In this document: in pieces, positions 6,362 through 14,787 of the stretch | Numbering within the stretch: the stretch's first letter is position 1 | How the letters are laid out: each line of letters opens with the position of its first letter | Source of the DNA: a virus | Taxonomy: Duplodnaviria; Caudoviricetes | Strand: one strand, 5' to 3' | Length of the DNA: 43,247 nt | Virus record (IMG/VR): IMGVR_UViG_3300034127_000007 | Location: 1 to 43,247 of that record | The notes under the pieces: model-generated | The model's input: only the letters and a program-made list of their open reading frames with translations | Database searches by the model: none | Told to the model about the DNA's origin: nothing | Made by a program: the position numbers and the translations under genes

Positions 6362-7041
6362 CGTACCTCGCCTTCGCGCTGGTCGTGGCGCTCATTGTTA
6401 TCCTGTTCCTACTGGCCACGTTGGACAGAGCACGGACACGGTGGTCTGAATTCGTCAACCGCACCGAGGCACGCTCCTTCGCGCACTTGGCCGAAGTGCA
6501 ACGAGTACAACGCGAAGTCGAAGAATGGAAGACTATCGCCGAACGCAAGACAATGGCTTACAACGAACAAAGGGGAATGTATGCAGCACTTGCTAAAAGA
6601 CGGAACGCTGGGTGTGAGTGCACGTTCACATCTGCACCCACGCTTACTGGCACACCTCGACACTCTCGTACGTCTTTCGCGGGAGTTCGAAGTGGACCAC
6701 GATGTACATCGTGTGTTGCAATGTATGAACGATGGAGAGCGCGACACCTTAGCTTGGCTGCGCCTGTGCCAAGTCGGGCCGAGTGCGTACGTGGTCCCGT
6801 TCCTGTCGCCGACGTACTGTGCCGCTTTGTTGACGGAATCCCGTTCGTTACCGTACTCGACGAACGCGGCGGAAGAGGACAAGCTACAGACGGACGAGTG
6901 TGTCTTGGCGGAAGTGTGTCCCCTGTTGGGCCGGACGCTTACAGAACTCCTTGCGGGGTCGCTCTTCCACGTCATGCACCTTGCGCATGGGTGCGTACCG
7001 GAAGCTGTCCATTCGGTGCAGTTGACCCGGTACGCCGCTAA
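6358..7041 (+). CDS. N-terminally membrane-anchored coiled-coil protein; frame runs on over the oxygenase gene
   Basis: ATGA coupling, TM segment YLAFALVVALIVILFLLA, then coiled coil; the 3' 461 nt overlap the next gene. Confidence 0.55.
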   Translation: MTYLAFALVVALIVILFLLATLDRARTRWSEFVNRTEARSFAHLAEVQRVQREVEEWKTIAERKTMAYNEQRGMYAALAKRRNAGCECTFTSAPTLTGTPRHSRTSFAGVRSGPRCTSCVAMYERWRARHLSLAAPVPSRAECVRGPVPVADVLCRFVDGIPFVTVLDERGGRGQATDGRVCLGGSVSPVGPDAYRTPCGVALPRHAPCAWVRTGSCPFGAVDPVRR

Positions 7042-7297
7042 CGGTTCATTCCAAGGCGTATGGCATAACGATCAAGACAGCGACCAGACGGTAATCGTCG
7101 AGCTGGACCCAAGCACCCACACAGGAGGCCGCACCATGTTGATGGACGGCCCCCTGTGTACCGTGGAGGCGCCTGTACTCGCACAAGGCGAGGCGCTTAT
7201 CTTGTGCGGCAAGACAACCTTACATGCTGGCGTGCCATTGAAGGCAGGCGAGCGGAACATCCTCGTGTACTGGACGGAGACAAAACGTAGTGAATAA
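6581..7297 (+). CDS. 2OG-Fe(II) oxygenase (OGFOD2/PLOD-like DSBH domain)
   Basis: RY...HND (HxD) motif, GG turn, distal H (LHAG) and 2OG-binding R (GERNILVYW); AGGGG SD before ATG 6581. Confidence 0.85.
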   Translation: MQHLLKDGTLGVSARSHLHPRLLAHLDTLVRLSREFEVDHDVHRVLQCMNDGERDTLAWLRLCQVGPSAYVVPFLSPTYCAALLTESRSLPYSTNAAEEDKLQTDECVLAEVCPLLGRTLTELLAGSLFHVMHLAHGCVPEAVHSVQLTRYAANGSFQGVWHNDQDSDQTVIVELDPSTHTGGRTMLMDGPLCTVEAPVLAQGEALILCGKTTLHAGVPLKAGERNILVYWTETKRSE

Positions 7298-7934
7298 ATA
7301 TCCCGGTCATTTGACCCAAGCACCGACTACCGGCGACTACGCCGCAGCCAAGAAGAACGCAGCCGAAGTGCTGCGTCAATGTCAAGTGGGCAACGTGTTG
7401 GCGTACATCGCTGGCGGTTGTGCCCGTGACTTCGCGCTGGGTGGCACACCCAAGGACATCGACGTGGTGGTACATGGTCCCGACCGCGACACACAGCGCT
7501 ACGTCATCGGCGAGCTGGAGGCGCTGGGTTATCATGTGATGGCGGACTACGAACGCCAGCTTATCGAAGGCGCGCAGTACCTCGTGGACTCGGTGAGTGG
7601 TGGGCAAGCGCCTGTGACTGACGGGCACGCCATTGACTCCGCGTCAGTGAACGTACTGACCGACGACCGTTGGTGCCGCGTGGTGAAGCTGGAGCGCCAA
7701 GGCCATCTGCCCGTTGACATCCTGTTCACACCGGAGCCGCGTAGCGTGACGCTGGTTATCGACTCGTTCGACTTCAACATTAACCAGTACGCTATCCTGC
7801 GCCCCGGTAACGCCCCGCTGTATCTCGGCACCACACCCGGCGGCACCTTGCACCAGAACCGCAGCGCCTCGGTGTCCCCGTGCCGCATTGAACACATCCG
7901 CAACACTGCCCGCAAATACAACTGGAGTATCTGA
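7290..7934 (+). CDS. Nucleotidyltransferase, CCA/poly(A) polymerase head-domain type
   Basis: IAGGCARD...PKDIDV catalytic motif and FDFNINQ (DFTINA-like) motif. Confidence 0.85.
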   Translation: MNKYPGHLTQAPTTGDYAAAKKNAAEVLRQCQVGNVLAYIAGGCARDFALGGTPKDIDVVVHGPDRDTQRYVIGELEALGYHVMADYERQLIEGAQYLVDSVSGGQAPVTDGHAIDSASVNVLTDDRWCRVVKLERQGHLPVDILFTPEPRSVTLVIDSFDFNINQYAILRPGNAPLYLGTTPGGTLHQNRSASVSPCRIEHIRNTARKYNWSI

Positions 7935-7935
7935 T

Positions 7936-8388
7936 ATGAAATTGAACGCCAACCAATCCCGCTTTATCAATCAATTGTTGCTCAAAGGACCGCAGCGCTC
8001 CGACGAGCTGGCGCAGGCCGTGGGTGTGCAGAACTCGACGATTGGTCACATCGGTATCGAGCTGCGTCAACAAGGGCTCGTATCCAGCACCAACGATGGT
8101 GCCGCGTACCAACTGTGGGCACTCACCGACCATTGCCGCAAGTGCCTGAACGAAGCTGCCTTGGCCGAGCGCGTCAAGGCGGCTAAACCGTTCCGCGTGC
8201 TCGTTGTCAGTGACTCTGGTATCGAGCTGCTGGACAGTAAGTACGGGACGCAGGAGAGCGCACAGAACCGCGCTAACTCAGCTATCGAGAAGACCACACC
8301 GGACACCGTCGCGTACGTCGTTACCTTGCACTCGTCGGTAAAATACGTGGCGCCGGTTGCTGCGGCTCGCGACATCGTGCACTACTAA
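7936..8388 (+). CDS. Winged helix-turn-helix DNA-binding protein
   Basis: N-terminal GPQRSDELAQAVGVQNSTIGHIGIELRQQGLV has a MarR/ArsR-like wHTH pattern; GGAG SD before ATG 7936. Confidence 0.75.
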   Translation: MKLNANQSRFINQLLLKGPQRSDELAQAVGVQNSTIGHIGIELRQQGLVSSTNDGAAYQLWALTDHCRKCLNEAALAERVKAAKPFRVLVVSDSGIELLDSKYGTQESAQNRANSAIEKTTPDTVAYVVTLHSSVKYVAPVAAARDIVHY

Positions 8389-8389
8389 C

Positions 8390-8405
8390 TGTTAACGCGT
8401 TAACA
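8390..8405. promoter_or_regulatory. Perfect 16-bp palindrome, operator-like site 3 (TGTTAACGCGTTAACA)
   Basis: Perfect inverted repeat starting 2 nt after the wHTH stop codon and just before the SD of the next gene. Confidence 0.65.
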
Positions 8406-8418
8406 CCAAGGAGCTACC

Positions 8419-8862
8419 ATGAACCAAGTACAGAAAGCCCGCGCCGCATTCTCTTCCGGGATGGCGTCGTTGAAGAAAGAGCGCGCCGCAGTGCGAGCGG
8501 AGTACAAGCGCGTCAAGGGTATGAACGACCACTTGAACGCAACCATTGTCGAGCAGAACGAGCGGCTGGAGACACTGGCACGGAATTGTGCGCACTACCG
8601 TGAACGTATCAGCGAGCTTAATAACAAGCTGGCCATCCGCGACGACAACGACTCTCGCCAATTTAACGAACTCGGCGAGCTGCGCCGCGCACTGCGTAAC
8701 GAGCGTATCGCTTACAGCAAGCTGGAACGTGAACTCTCCCGCGAGTCGGCTAACAAGCGTACTGCTGTAACCATCGGGTACATGCTCTGCGCTCTGGTGC
8801 TGGGTTACGCTGGCCCACAGGCGTGGGGTAAACTCCAACCTGTTATCGCGTCGTTCATGTAA
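8419..8862 (+). CDS. Coiled-coil protein with C-terminal transmembrane anchor
   Basis: AAGGAG SD; heptad-rich helix followed by AVTIGYMLCALVLGYA. Confidence 0.8.
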   Translation: MNQVQKARAAFSSGMASLKKERAAVRAEYKRVKGMNDHLNATIVEQNERLETLARNCAHYRERISELNNKLAIRDDNDSRQFNELGELRRALRNERIAYSKLERELSRESANKRTAVTIGYMLCALVLGYAGPQAWGKLQPVIASFM

Positions 8863-9665
8863 TGGCTATTCCGGCTCACGAGTTCCTACACCATGCGAAG
8901 TCGTTAGCCGTCGGTCAATCGGGGCGGTTCCCTCACAAGTGCGGACCAACTAGGGTGCTGCATGTAGGGAATGCCCCTGATAGGTATTGGTGCAAGTGCT
9001 ACCGCTGCCATCAGGGCGGCGTGGTCGAAAAGACGCATGTAATCCTTGCGCCAATCGCCAATCAGAAGCGGTTCATGCCTTGGCCCGACGATGCTAAGGA
9101 TTTGGCACTATGGCCTGCGTATACGCAGGAGGTACTGTTTAAACTGCTGTTAGAAAAGGGCATAGACCGACAGGTTATGCTGGGGGATACGCATGTATGG
9201 TACAGTGAGAAACAAGGTCGTTTGTTGTTTGGTACTCGGCTTGGTTGGCTTGGGCGTGCTACGCGGGGACAACTCCCCAAATGGGCAGGCTACGGGTATC
9301 CAGCGCCAGAGTACGGCGCGCATCCTTTGGATACGCCGACTCCCACGGTTGTACTGACCGAGGACTACTTATCAGCAATGAAGGTGAGGTGGGCAATTCA
9401 TGGACTACCCGGTGTATCAGTGCAAGCATTGCTTGGAACGGAGCTTAAGACGCGAACGCTTGCTGACCTGTTGTCAGGAGGCACGACGACGCGGGTTCTT
9501 ACGTTCCTCGACGGGGATAGCGGCGGTTGGAATGGTGTCCCTCTGGTGCATCGTAGGGCTCGGGGTATGGGCCTTTCGGTTGGTAACATCATAACGCCGA
9601 CGGGTAAAGACCCGAAGGACTTAACCAAGCAACACATAATCGACCTTGTAGGAGGTGCGTTATAG
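8862..9665 (+). CDS. DNA primase (phiKMV-type, Zn finger plus TOPRIM)
   Basis: HxC...CYRC zinc ligands, LTEDYLSA and FLDGD TOPRIM motifs, KDPKD; sits before the helicase. Confidence 0.9.
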   Translation: MAIPAHEFLHHAKSLAVGQSGRFPHKCGPTRVLHVGNAPDRYWCKCYRCHQGGVVEKTHVILAPIANQKRFMPWPDDAKDLALWPAYTQEVLFKLLLEKGIDRQVMLGDTHVWYSEKQGRLLFGTRLGWLGRATRGQLPKWAGYGYPAPEYGAHPLDTPTPTVVLTEDYLSAMKVRWAIHGLPGVSVQALLGTELKTRTLADLLSGGTTTRVLTFLDGDSGGWNGVPLVHRRARGMGLSVGNIITPTGKDPKDLTKQHIIDLVGGAL

Positions 9666-10939
9666 AGATTCCAATCCTGCAAGCCTTGCGAGACAAACAG
9701 AAGTACCGCATGCTGCGAAACGCTGTGCCTATGGAAATGCTGGCACAGGAAACACAACTCCTTGTGAACTGGTACGCGCACTATTGGGACGCGTACAAAA
9801 CGCACGAGTTCATTGATCTGGACGCGCTGGATTCTGTTATCAAGTTGCGTTCGGGCTACCCTCCTGAAACAATGTCGTTGGTCATGCGACTGACGGGTAT
9901 GTTGCGAAAGCCGGTTGACGAGTCCGTTATTAACGGTATCGTGGGCCAGCTTGTGGAAATGGACTTCGCCGGTAAGGTGGGTGCGATGGTTGCACAGCAC
10001 CAAGCAGGCGCGGATATGCACCTCGTATACGAGTTGAACAAGCTCGTCACCGAGGCCAAGGAGCGCGGCGAGAAGTCCAGCGCCCACGAGTACATCGACG
10101 AGGACGTGGTATCTATCCTCGACGACGAGGCCGGGGACGTGGGTATTAAGCTGCCCACCTTGCTGCTACAGCAGAACGTCAAAGGACTGCTGGGTGGCGT
10201 GAGCGTTGCTGTAGCTGCGCGACCGGACAAGGGCAAGACCTCTCTACTCGCAAAGATTCTGACGTACGCTGCGCCACAGTTGCCGGAGCACTTCGACGCA
10301 GACCGCCCGATTCTGTGGCTGAACAACGAGGGGCGAGGTCGTCGCATCATCCCACGGGTGTACCAAGCAGCCTTGGATTGTAGCGTAGACGAGCTTTACA
10401 CCATGTCAAATGCTGGTGTGTTGGTCCCGAACTACGAGAAGGCAATCAAGGCACCGCGCAATAAAATCCGTATCAAGGACATGCACGGCGCGACGTTGCC
10501 GGAGCTGGAGCAAGTCATTGAAGCGGTGAAGCCTGCCATTGTCTGCTTCGACATGGTGGCGAACTTCCGCTTACCCGGTGCCGGTGGCAGTGGGAACAAA
10601 GCGGACGAGGTCGAGGAGAAGTGGATTCAGATTCGTGAAATGTCTGTACGTCACGACTTTATCAGCTTCGGTACGGTTCAAATCTCCGACTTGGGCGACG
10701 CCCAACTGTACCCGCCGTACAACGCGTTGAAGGATTCCCGCACGGGTATTCAGGGCGCTACGGATATCATCCTGATGATGGGTGCGCTAAACGATGCGCG
10801 GGCACAGAGCTTGCGCGGACTGAGTACACCTAAGAACAAGTTTGCCATGAGTGGCAAGCAATCCCATTGCATGGGCGAAGTCGTGTTTGACGGCGCTAAT
10901 TGCCAATTCCGAGACGGTCAAGTGGAGTACCAAAATTGA
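9662..10939 (+). CDS. Replicative DnaB-like DNA helicase (probable ATA start; first canonical start TTG 9686)
   Basis: Walker A ARPDKGKTS, LNNEG, Walker B VCFD, KDSRTGIQG; GGAGG SD 6 nt before ATA 9662. Confidence 0.92.
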   Translation: MEIPILQALRDKQKYRMLRNAVPMEMLAQETQLLVNWYAHYWDAYKTHEFIDLDALDSVIKLRSGYPPETMSLVMRLTGMLRKPVDESVINGIVGQLVEMDFAGKVGAMVAQHQAGADMHLVYELNKLVTEAKERGEKSSAHEYIDEDVVSILDDEAGDVGIKLPTLLLQQNVKGLLGGVSVAVAARPDKGKTSLLAKILTYAAPQLPEHFDADRPILWLNNEGRGRRIIPRVYQAALDCSVDELYTMSNAGVLVPNYEKAIKAPRNKIRIKDMHGATLPELEQVIEAVKPAIVCFDMVANFRLPGAGGSGNKADEVEEKWIQIREMSVRHDFISFGTVQISDLGDAQLYPPYNALKDSRTGIQGATDIILMMGALNDARAQSLRGLSTPKNKFAMSGKQSHCMGEVVFDGANCQFRDGQVEYQN

Positions 10940-11916
10940 GTAAGACTAAACCGCGTTTCATGGCAGTAAAGCCGCACCGTGCTGTGGACTGGAACGAGAA
11001 GGCAATCGCCAAGGTGATCGCCGAGCGGGGCTATGTACTCGCAGGTGTCAAGGTTGACGGCATGCGCTGCCACGTCTTGCAGGTGGACGGCAAGGTGCAT
11101 TTCCTGACCCGTTCTGGTATCGAGATTCCATCACTGGCGAACTACGCCGAGTACTTCGAGAAGCGTTGGCGCTCGCAGTTCAATCTGGCGGACTACCACG
11201 TACTCGATTGTGAAGTGGTGTTGCTGGGCGTGGACTTCCAAACCGGCTGCGGTATCCTGCGCCGCGACGAGGTGTTGGCCGAGTACGTCCCGCAGTTCGT
11301 AGTCCTCGATATCGTCACCCAAGCGCATTTGCGCAACGAGTACACCGGCGAACTCCATGCCGGTTTTGAAGCACGCTACGCCGGTATCGTCGGTCGCTTC
11401 CCGGTACACGTTGCCATGAAATCGAACGCGCTAGTTGTCTCTGAATCACTGGCGAAGTTGTCCAGTCTGTCGATGATCGCCGAGCACTACGCCACCGTAC
11501 GCGGTATGGGCTTCGAAGGTCTGGTGGTCAAAGACCCGGCGTGTACAATCAAGAACGGCAAGGTGTCGGGCGCATGGAAGGTCAAGCCGGGCTGCGGTGC
11601 TGACTTCGCACCGGGTTGGGAGGGTGACGGCGTTGTCACTGGTTACGTGTGGGGCGACGAGGACAAGGCGAACGCCGGTAAAATCGTCGGCTTCCGCGTC
11701 AAGCTGGAGAGCGGTGTAGAGGTGAACGTTACCGGCCTGACACAAGAGCAGATGGAAGTATTCACGGACCCGACGCACCCACAAGGGGAGCGCGGCGGCT
11801 ACATCGGGCGATACGTTGAAATCAAGGCAATGGAACTGACCCCAGCGGGCAGCCTGCGGCACCCGACCTTTAACCGCTTCCGTGACCTTGAGTCCGCGCC
11901 GGGGGTGAAGTCGTGA
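10936..11916 (+). CDS. ATP-dependent DNA ligase
   Basis: KVDGMR adenylation motif, EGLVVK, WKVKP, SLRHP; TTG start after GGAG, overlapping the helicase stop. Confidence 0.92.
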   Translation: MSKTKPRFMAVKPHRAVDWNEKAIAKVIAERGYVLAGVKVDGMRCHVLQVDGKVHFLTRSGIEIPSLANYAEYFEKRWRSQFNLADYHVLDCEVVLLGVDFQTGCGILRRDEVLAEYVPQFVVLDIVTQAHLRNEYTGELHAGFEARYAGIVGRFPVHVAMKSNALVVSESLAKLSSLSMIAEHYATVRGMGFEGLVVKDPACTIKNGKVSGAWKVKPGCGADFAPGWEGDGVVTGYVWGDEDKANAGKIVGFRVKLESGVEVNVTGLTQEQMEVFTDPTHPQGERGGYIGRYVEIKAMELTPAGSLRHPTFNRFRDLESAPGVKS

Positions 11917-12221
11917 GCCGCTTCCGTGTAACGACCTGCCCTGAAATGCTGCGGGACGCGATCATGCATAGCACCGGGGCGCAGCTTGGCGCCCTGTACG
12001 ACGGCGTTAAGGTGGACGTGTGGCAAGACCCTGCGATGTTTGACCTACGTATCGAGGTGCGTATCCGGCACCGCCAGCGGGAGTACCGGTACGGTAGTGC
12101 CTTTGACATCTATATGTTCATGGGCCACGACGGCGGGTTCTACAAGGATTACATCCGTACTGAGTTCCCGCGCCTCGTTGCACGGGAAGTTAACGATATC
12201 ATTATGAGGGCTGCACTTTGA
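11913..12221 (+). CDS. Hypothetical protein (102 aa)
   Basis: GTGA coupling to the ligase; fills the gap before the polymerase. Confidence 0.75.
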   Translation: MSRFRVTTCPEMLRDAIMHSTGAQLGALYDGVKVDVWQDPAMFDLRIEVRIRHRQREYRYGSAFDIYMFMGHDGGFYKDYIRTEFPRLVAREVNDIIMRAAL

Positions 12222-12418
12222 CATTCACCATCGTAGATAAGCGGGACGGGTTCCCGCATACCACAGGTAAACGGGCGGATTGGTCCCGTAGCGGTAGCGC
12301 TTTCGAATCCGGGCGCATGTCCATGCACGACTACACAACTGACACCCATGTGTGGGTACAGACCCGCAGCTATCGGGAGGCCGTGCGGCGCCTGCGTCGA
12401 TTCCTCAAGGGACATTAA
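12218..12418 (+). CDS. Hypothetical protein (66 aa)
   Basis: GAGG SD; TTGA overlap; ends just before the polymerase ATG. Confidence 0.65.
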   Translation: MTFTIVDKRDGFPHTTGKRADWSRSGSAFESGRMSMHDYTTDTHVWVQTRSYREAVRRLRRFLKGH

Positions 12419-12419
12419 A

Positions 12420-14777
12420 ATGCGTATCCGTATCCTCGATTTGGAAACGCAGAACCACCCGTACCTAGGCGCGGTCGCTTCTGCGCACTGTCCAGCTAAC
12501 TACATCGTCCTTGCAGGTTGGCAAGACTATGTGGACAATCAACCCGCCGAACGTGTGTGCCACCGTTTCGAGAGCCGGGAAGCAGCGGACGCCGCCGACT
12601 GGTTCAACCTCGACGGGGTAGACATGTTGGTGGCGCACAACGCCATGTACGAGCTGTCGTGGTTCATCACCCGTTACCAGCCGGAGCTGCTGCGCTTCCT
12701 CAAGCGCGGCGGTCGTGTGGTGTGTACGCAGTTGGCCGAGTACCTGCTTAGCCATCAGACGTGGACGTATCCCGCGTTGAACGAGGTGGCACAGAAGTAC
12801 GGCGGTACTGCGAAGGTGGACGCCGTGAAGCTGGAATGGGAGCGGGGTGTACTCACCGCCGACATTGACCCGGCGCTGTTGCACGAATACCTGATGGGAC
12901 CGAGCGGCGACATCGACAACACCACCCGCGTGTTCTTCGGCCAAATGCAGAAGTTGGTGGCGGAAGGTATGTGGCGAATGTTTCTTGAGCGCTGCGAGGG
13001 CATGGTATGCTTCGCGTTCTGTGAAGCTGCTGGCCTGTACGTGAACCAGCAGGTAGCGCAGAAGAACCACGCCGAGCAACTGCAAGAGCTGGAGGGGATC
13101 AACAAGCAGATTGAGAGTCTGCTGCCTGTACTCCCCGATACTTTCGAGTGGAACTGGGGCTCGGACTTCCATATGTCCGCGCTGCTGTTCGGTGGCGAGG
13201 TGAAGTACCAGCAGCGTGTACCGCGTACCGATGCAGACGGTAACGTCATGTACGAGAAGGTCGATTGTTACCTTTTTGATAAGGGTGGCGCGGATAAGTA
13301 CATTACAGCCAGTGACTTCGATACCGAGGACGGTGCTGAGTTGTTCGCGCATTACGTGGAGCGGTACGGCAATGTTGACCGCTATAGCGCGGGTAAGAAC
13401 AAGGGACAGTTGAAGTTACACAAGGTCGTAACGGCGAAGCCTCAGACCAAGTGGGCGGACACCACGTTCAAGTTCCCCGGCCTGTTGCCACAGGACAAGA
13501 TGCCAAAGGTACTGGCGGACAAGTTCGCCTTTGACCCGAACGCACGGCGCAACGGCGAGTACGTCGGTAAGCGGTTTCTGCCTTGCGGTACGCCTGTGTA
13601 CTCCACCGGCAAAGAGGTTCTGGAAGCGTTGGCCGTTCACGGCTTCGCGGCGGGTAAGCTCCTTAACCGTAAGGCGCAACTCGACAAGGACAACGGCACG
13701 TACTACATCAGCCACGAGTACAACCCTGACGGCTCTATCAAGAAGACGAAAGGGATGTTGCAGTACGTTGGCGACGACGGCATTATCCACCACAGCTTAA
13801 ACATCGCTGCCACCACGACCGGACGCCTGTCGTCCAGTAACCCGAACCTGCAAAACTTGCCGCGTGACGGTACGTCGAAGGTGAAGGAAATGTTTACGTC
13901 CCGCTTTGGCGATGACGGCGTAATCATCGAGGTGGACTATACGGCGCTGGAAGTCGTGATGTTGGCCGCGTTGTCCGGGGACCAAGCGCTACTTAAGCAC
14001 TTGATCGACGGCGACGACATGCACTGTCTGCGACTGGCTGCGAAGCTCAAGGAGTCGTACGAGTCGGTGCTGGAGAAGGCGACCAACAAGGAACACCCGG
14101 AACACAAGGCGTACAAGCAGATGCGGACGGACATCAAGCCGCCGTCGTTTGCTGCGCAGTACGGCGCCTCGGCGCATGGTATTGCATTCGCTACCGGTGT
14201 GAGTCTGGAGTACGCCGAAGAGTTCCTAGCAGCCGAAGCGCGCCTGTTCCCGCGTGCGATTGCGTTCCGTGATGTTGTGCGGGCCGAGGTCGTGAAGACG
14301 GGTAATAGCCAGCGCGGTTTGTGCCGGGAGCAGGACGACGTGGGTAACTTCCGCGTGTACCGTCGCGGCTGGTATCAGGCCGACGGTGGGACGTGCTACA
14401 GCTTCCGCCAGTTCGATGTGTGGAACGCGGATACGCGCCGCCGTGAACTGGACTACAAGCCGACGCAGATTGCCAACTACTGGTGCCAAGGTGAGGCCGG
14501 GTTCTTAATGACCCTCTCTGCCGGTCGCGTCATGCGTTGGGCTATCCAGCACCCGGAATTCCTCAAGAAGTTTTTCATCATCAACAACGTACACGACGCC
14601 CTGTACTTCGACTGTCATAAAGACGTGTTCCGCGAAGTCGGCTTGGCGGCGAAAGCAATCTTGGAGGACGCACCGCTCTATATGTCCCGTGAGCTGGGCT
14701 ACAACATCAGCCACGTTCCGTTCCCGGCAGTCGCCGAGGCCGGTCCTAGCATGTACTCCAAATCCGTAATCCAGTAA
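12420..14777 (+). CDS. DNA polymerase, family A, with 3'-5' exonuclease
   Basis: ExoI ILDLET, AHNAMYE, TGRLSSSNPNLQNLP, motif A EVDYTALE, motif B RTDIKPPSFAAQYG, motif C VHDALYF. Confidence 0.95.
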   Translation: MRIRILDLETQNHPYLGAVASAHCPANYIVLAGWQDYVDNQPAERVCHRFESREAADAADWFNLDGVDMLVAHNAMYELSWFITRYQPELLRFLKRGGRVVCTQLAEYLLSHQTWTYPALNEVAQKYGGTAKVDAVKLEWERGVLTADIDPALLHEYLMGPSGDIDNTTRVFFGQMQKLVAEGMWRMFLERCEGMVCFAFCEAAGLYVNQQVAQKNHAEQLQELEGINKQIESLLPVLPDTFEWNWGSDFHMSALLFGGEVKYQQRVPRTDADGNVMYEKVDCYLFDKGGADKYITASDFDTEDGAELFAHYVERYGNVDRYSAGKNKGQLKLHKVVTAKPQTKWADTTFKFPGLLPQDKMPKVLADKFAFDPNARRNGEYVGKRFLPCGTPVYSTGKEVLEALAVHGFAAGKLLNRKAQLDKDNGTYYISHEYNPDGSIKKTKGMLQYVGDDGIIHHSLNIAATTTGRLSSSNPNLQNLPRDGTSKVKEMFTSRFGDDGVIIEVDYTALEVVMLAALSGDQALLKHLIDGDDMHCLRLAAKLKESYESVLEKATNKEHPEHKAYKQMRTDIKPPSFAAQYGASAHGIAFATGVSLEYAEEFLAAEARLFPRAIAFRDVVRAEVVKTGNSQRGLCREQDDVGNFRVYRRGWYQADGGTCYSFRQFDVWNADTRRRELDYKPTQIANYWCQGEAGFLMTLSAGRVMRWAIQHPEFLKKFFIINNVHDALYFDCHKDVFREVGLAAKAILEDAPLYMSRELGYNISHVPFPAVAEAGPSMYSKSVIQ

Positions 14778-14787
14778 GGTAGAAAGC

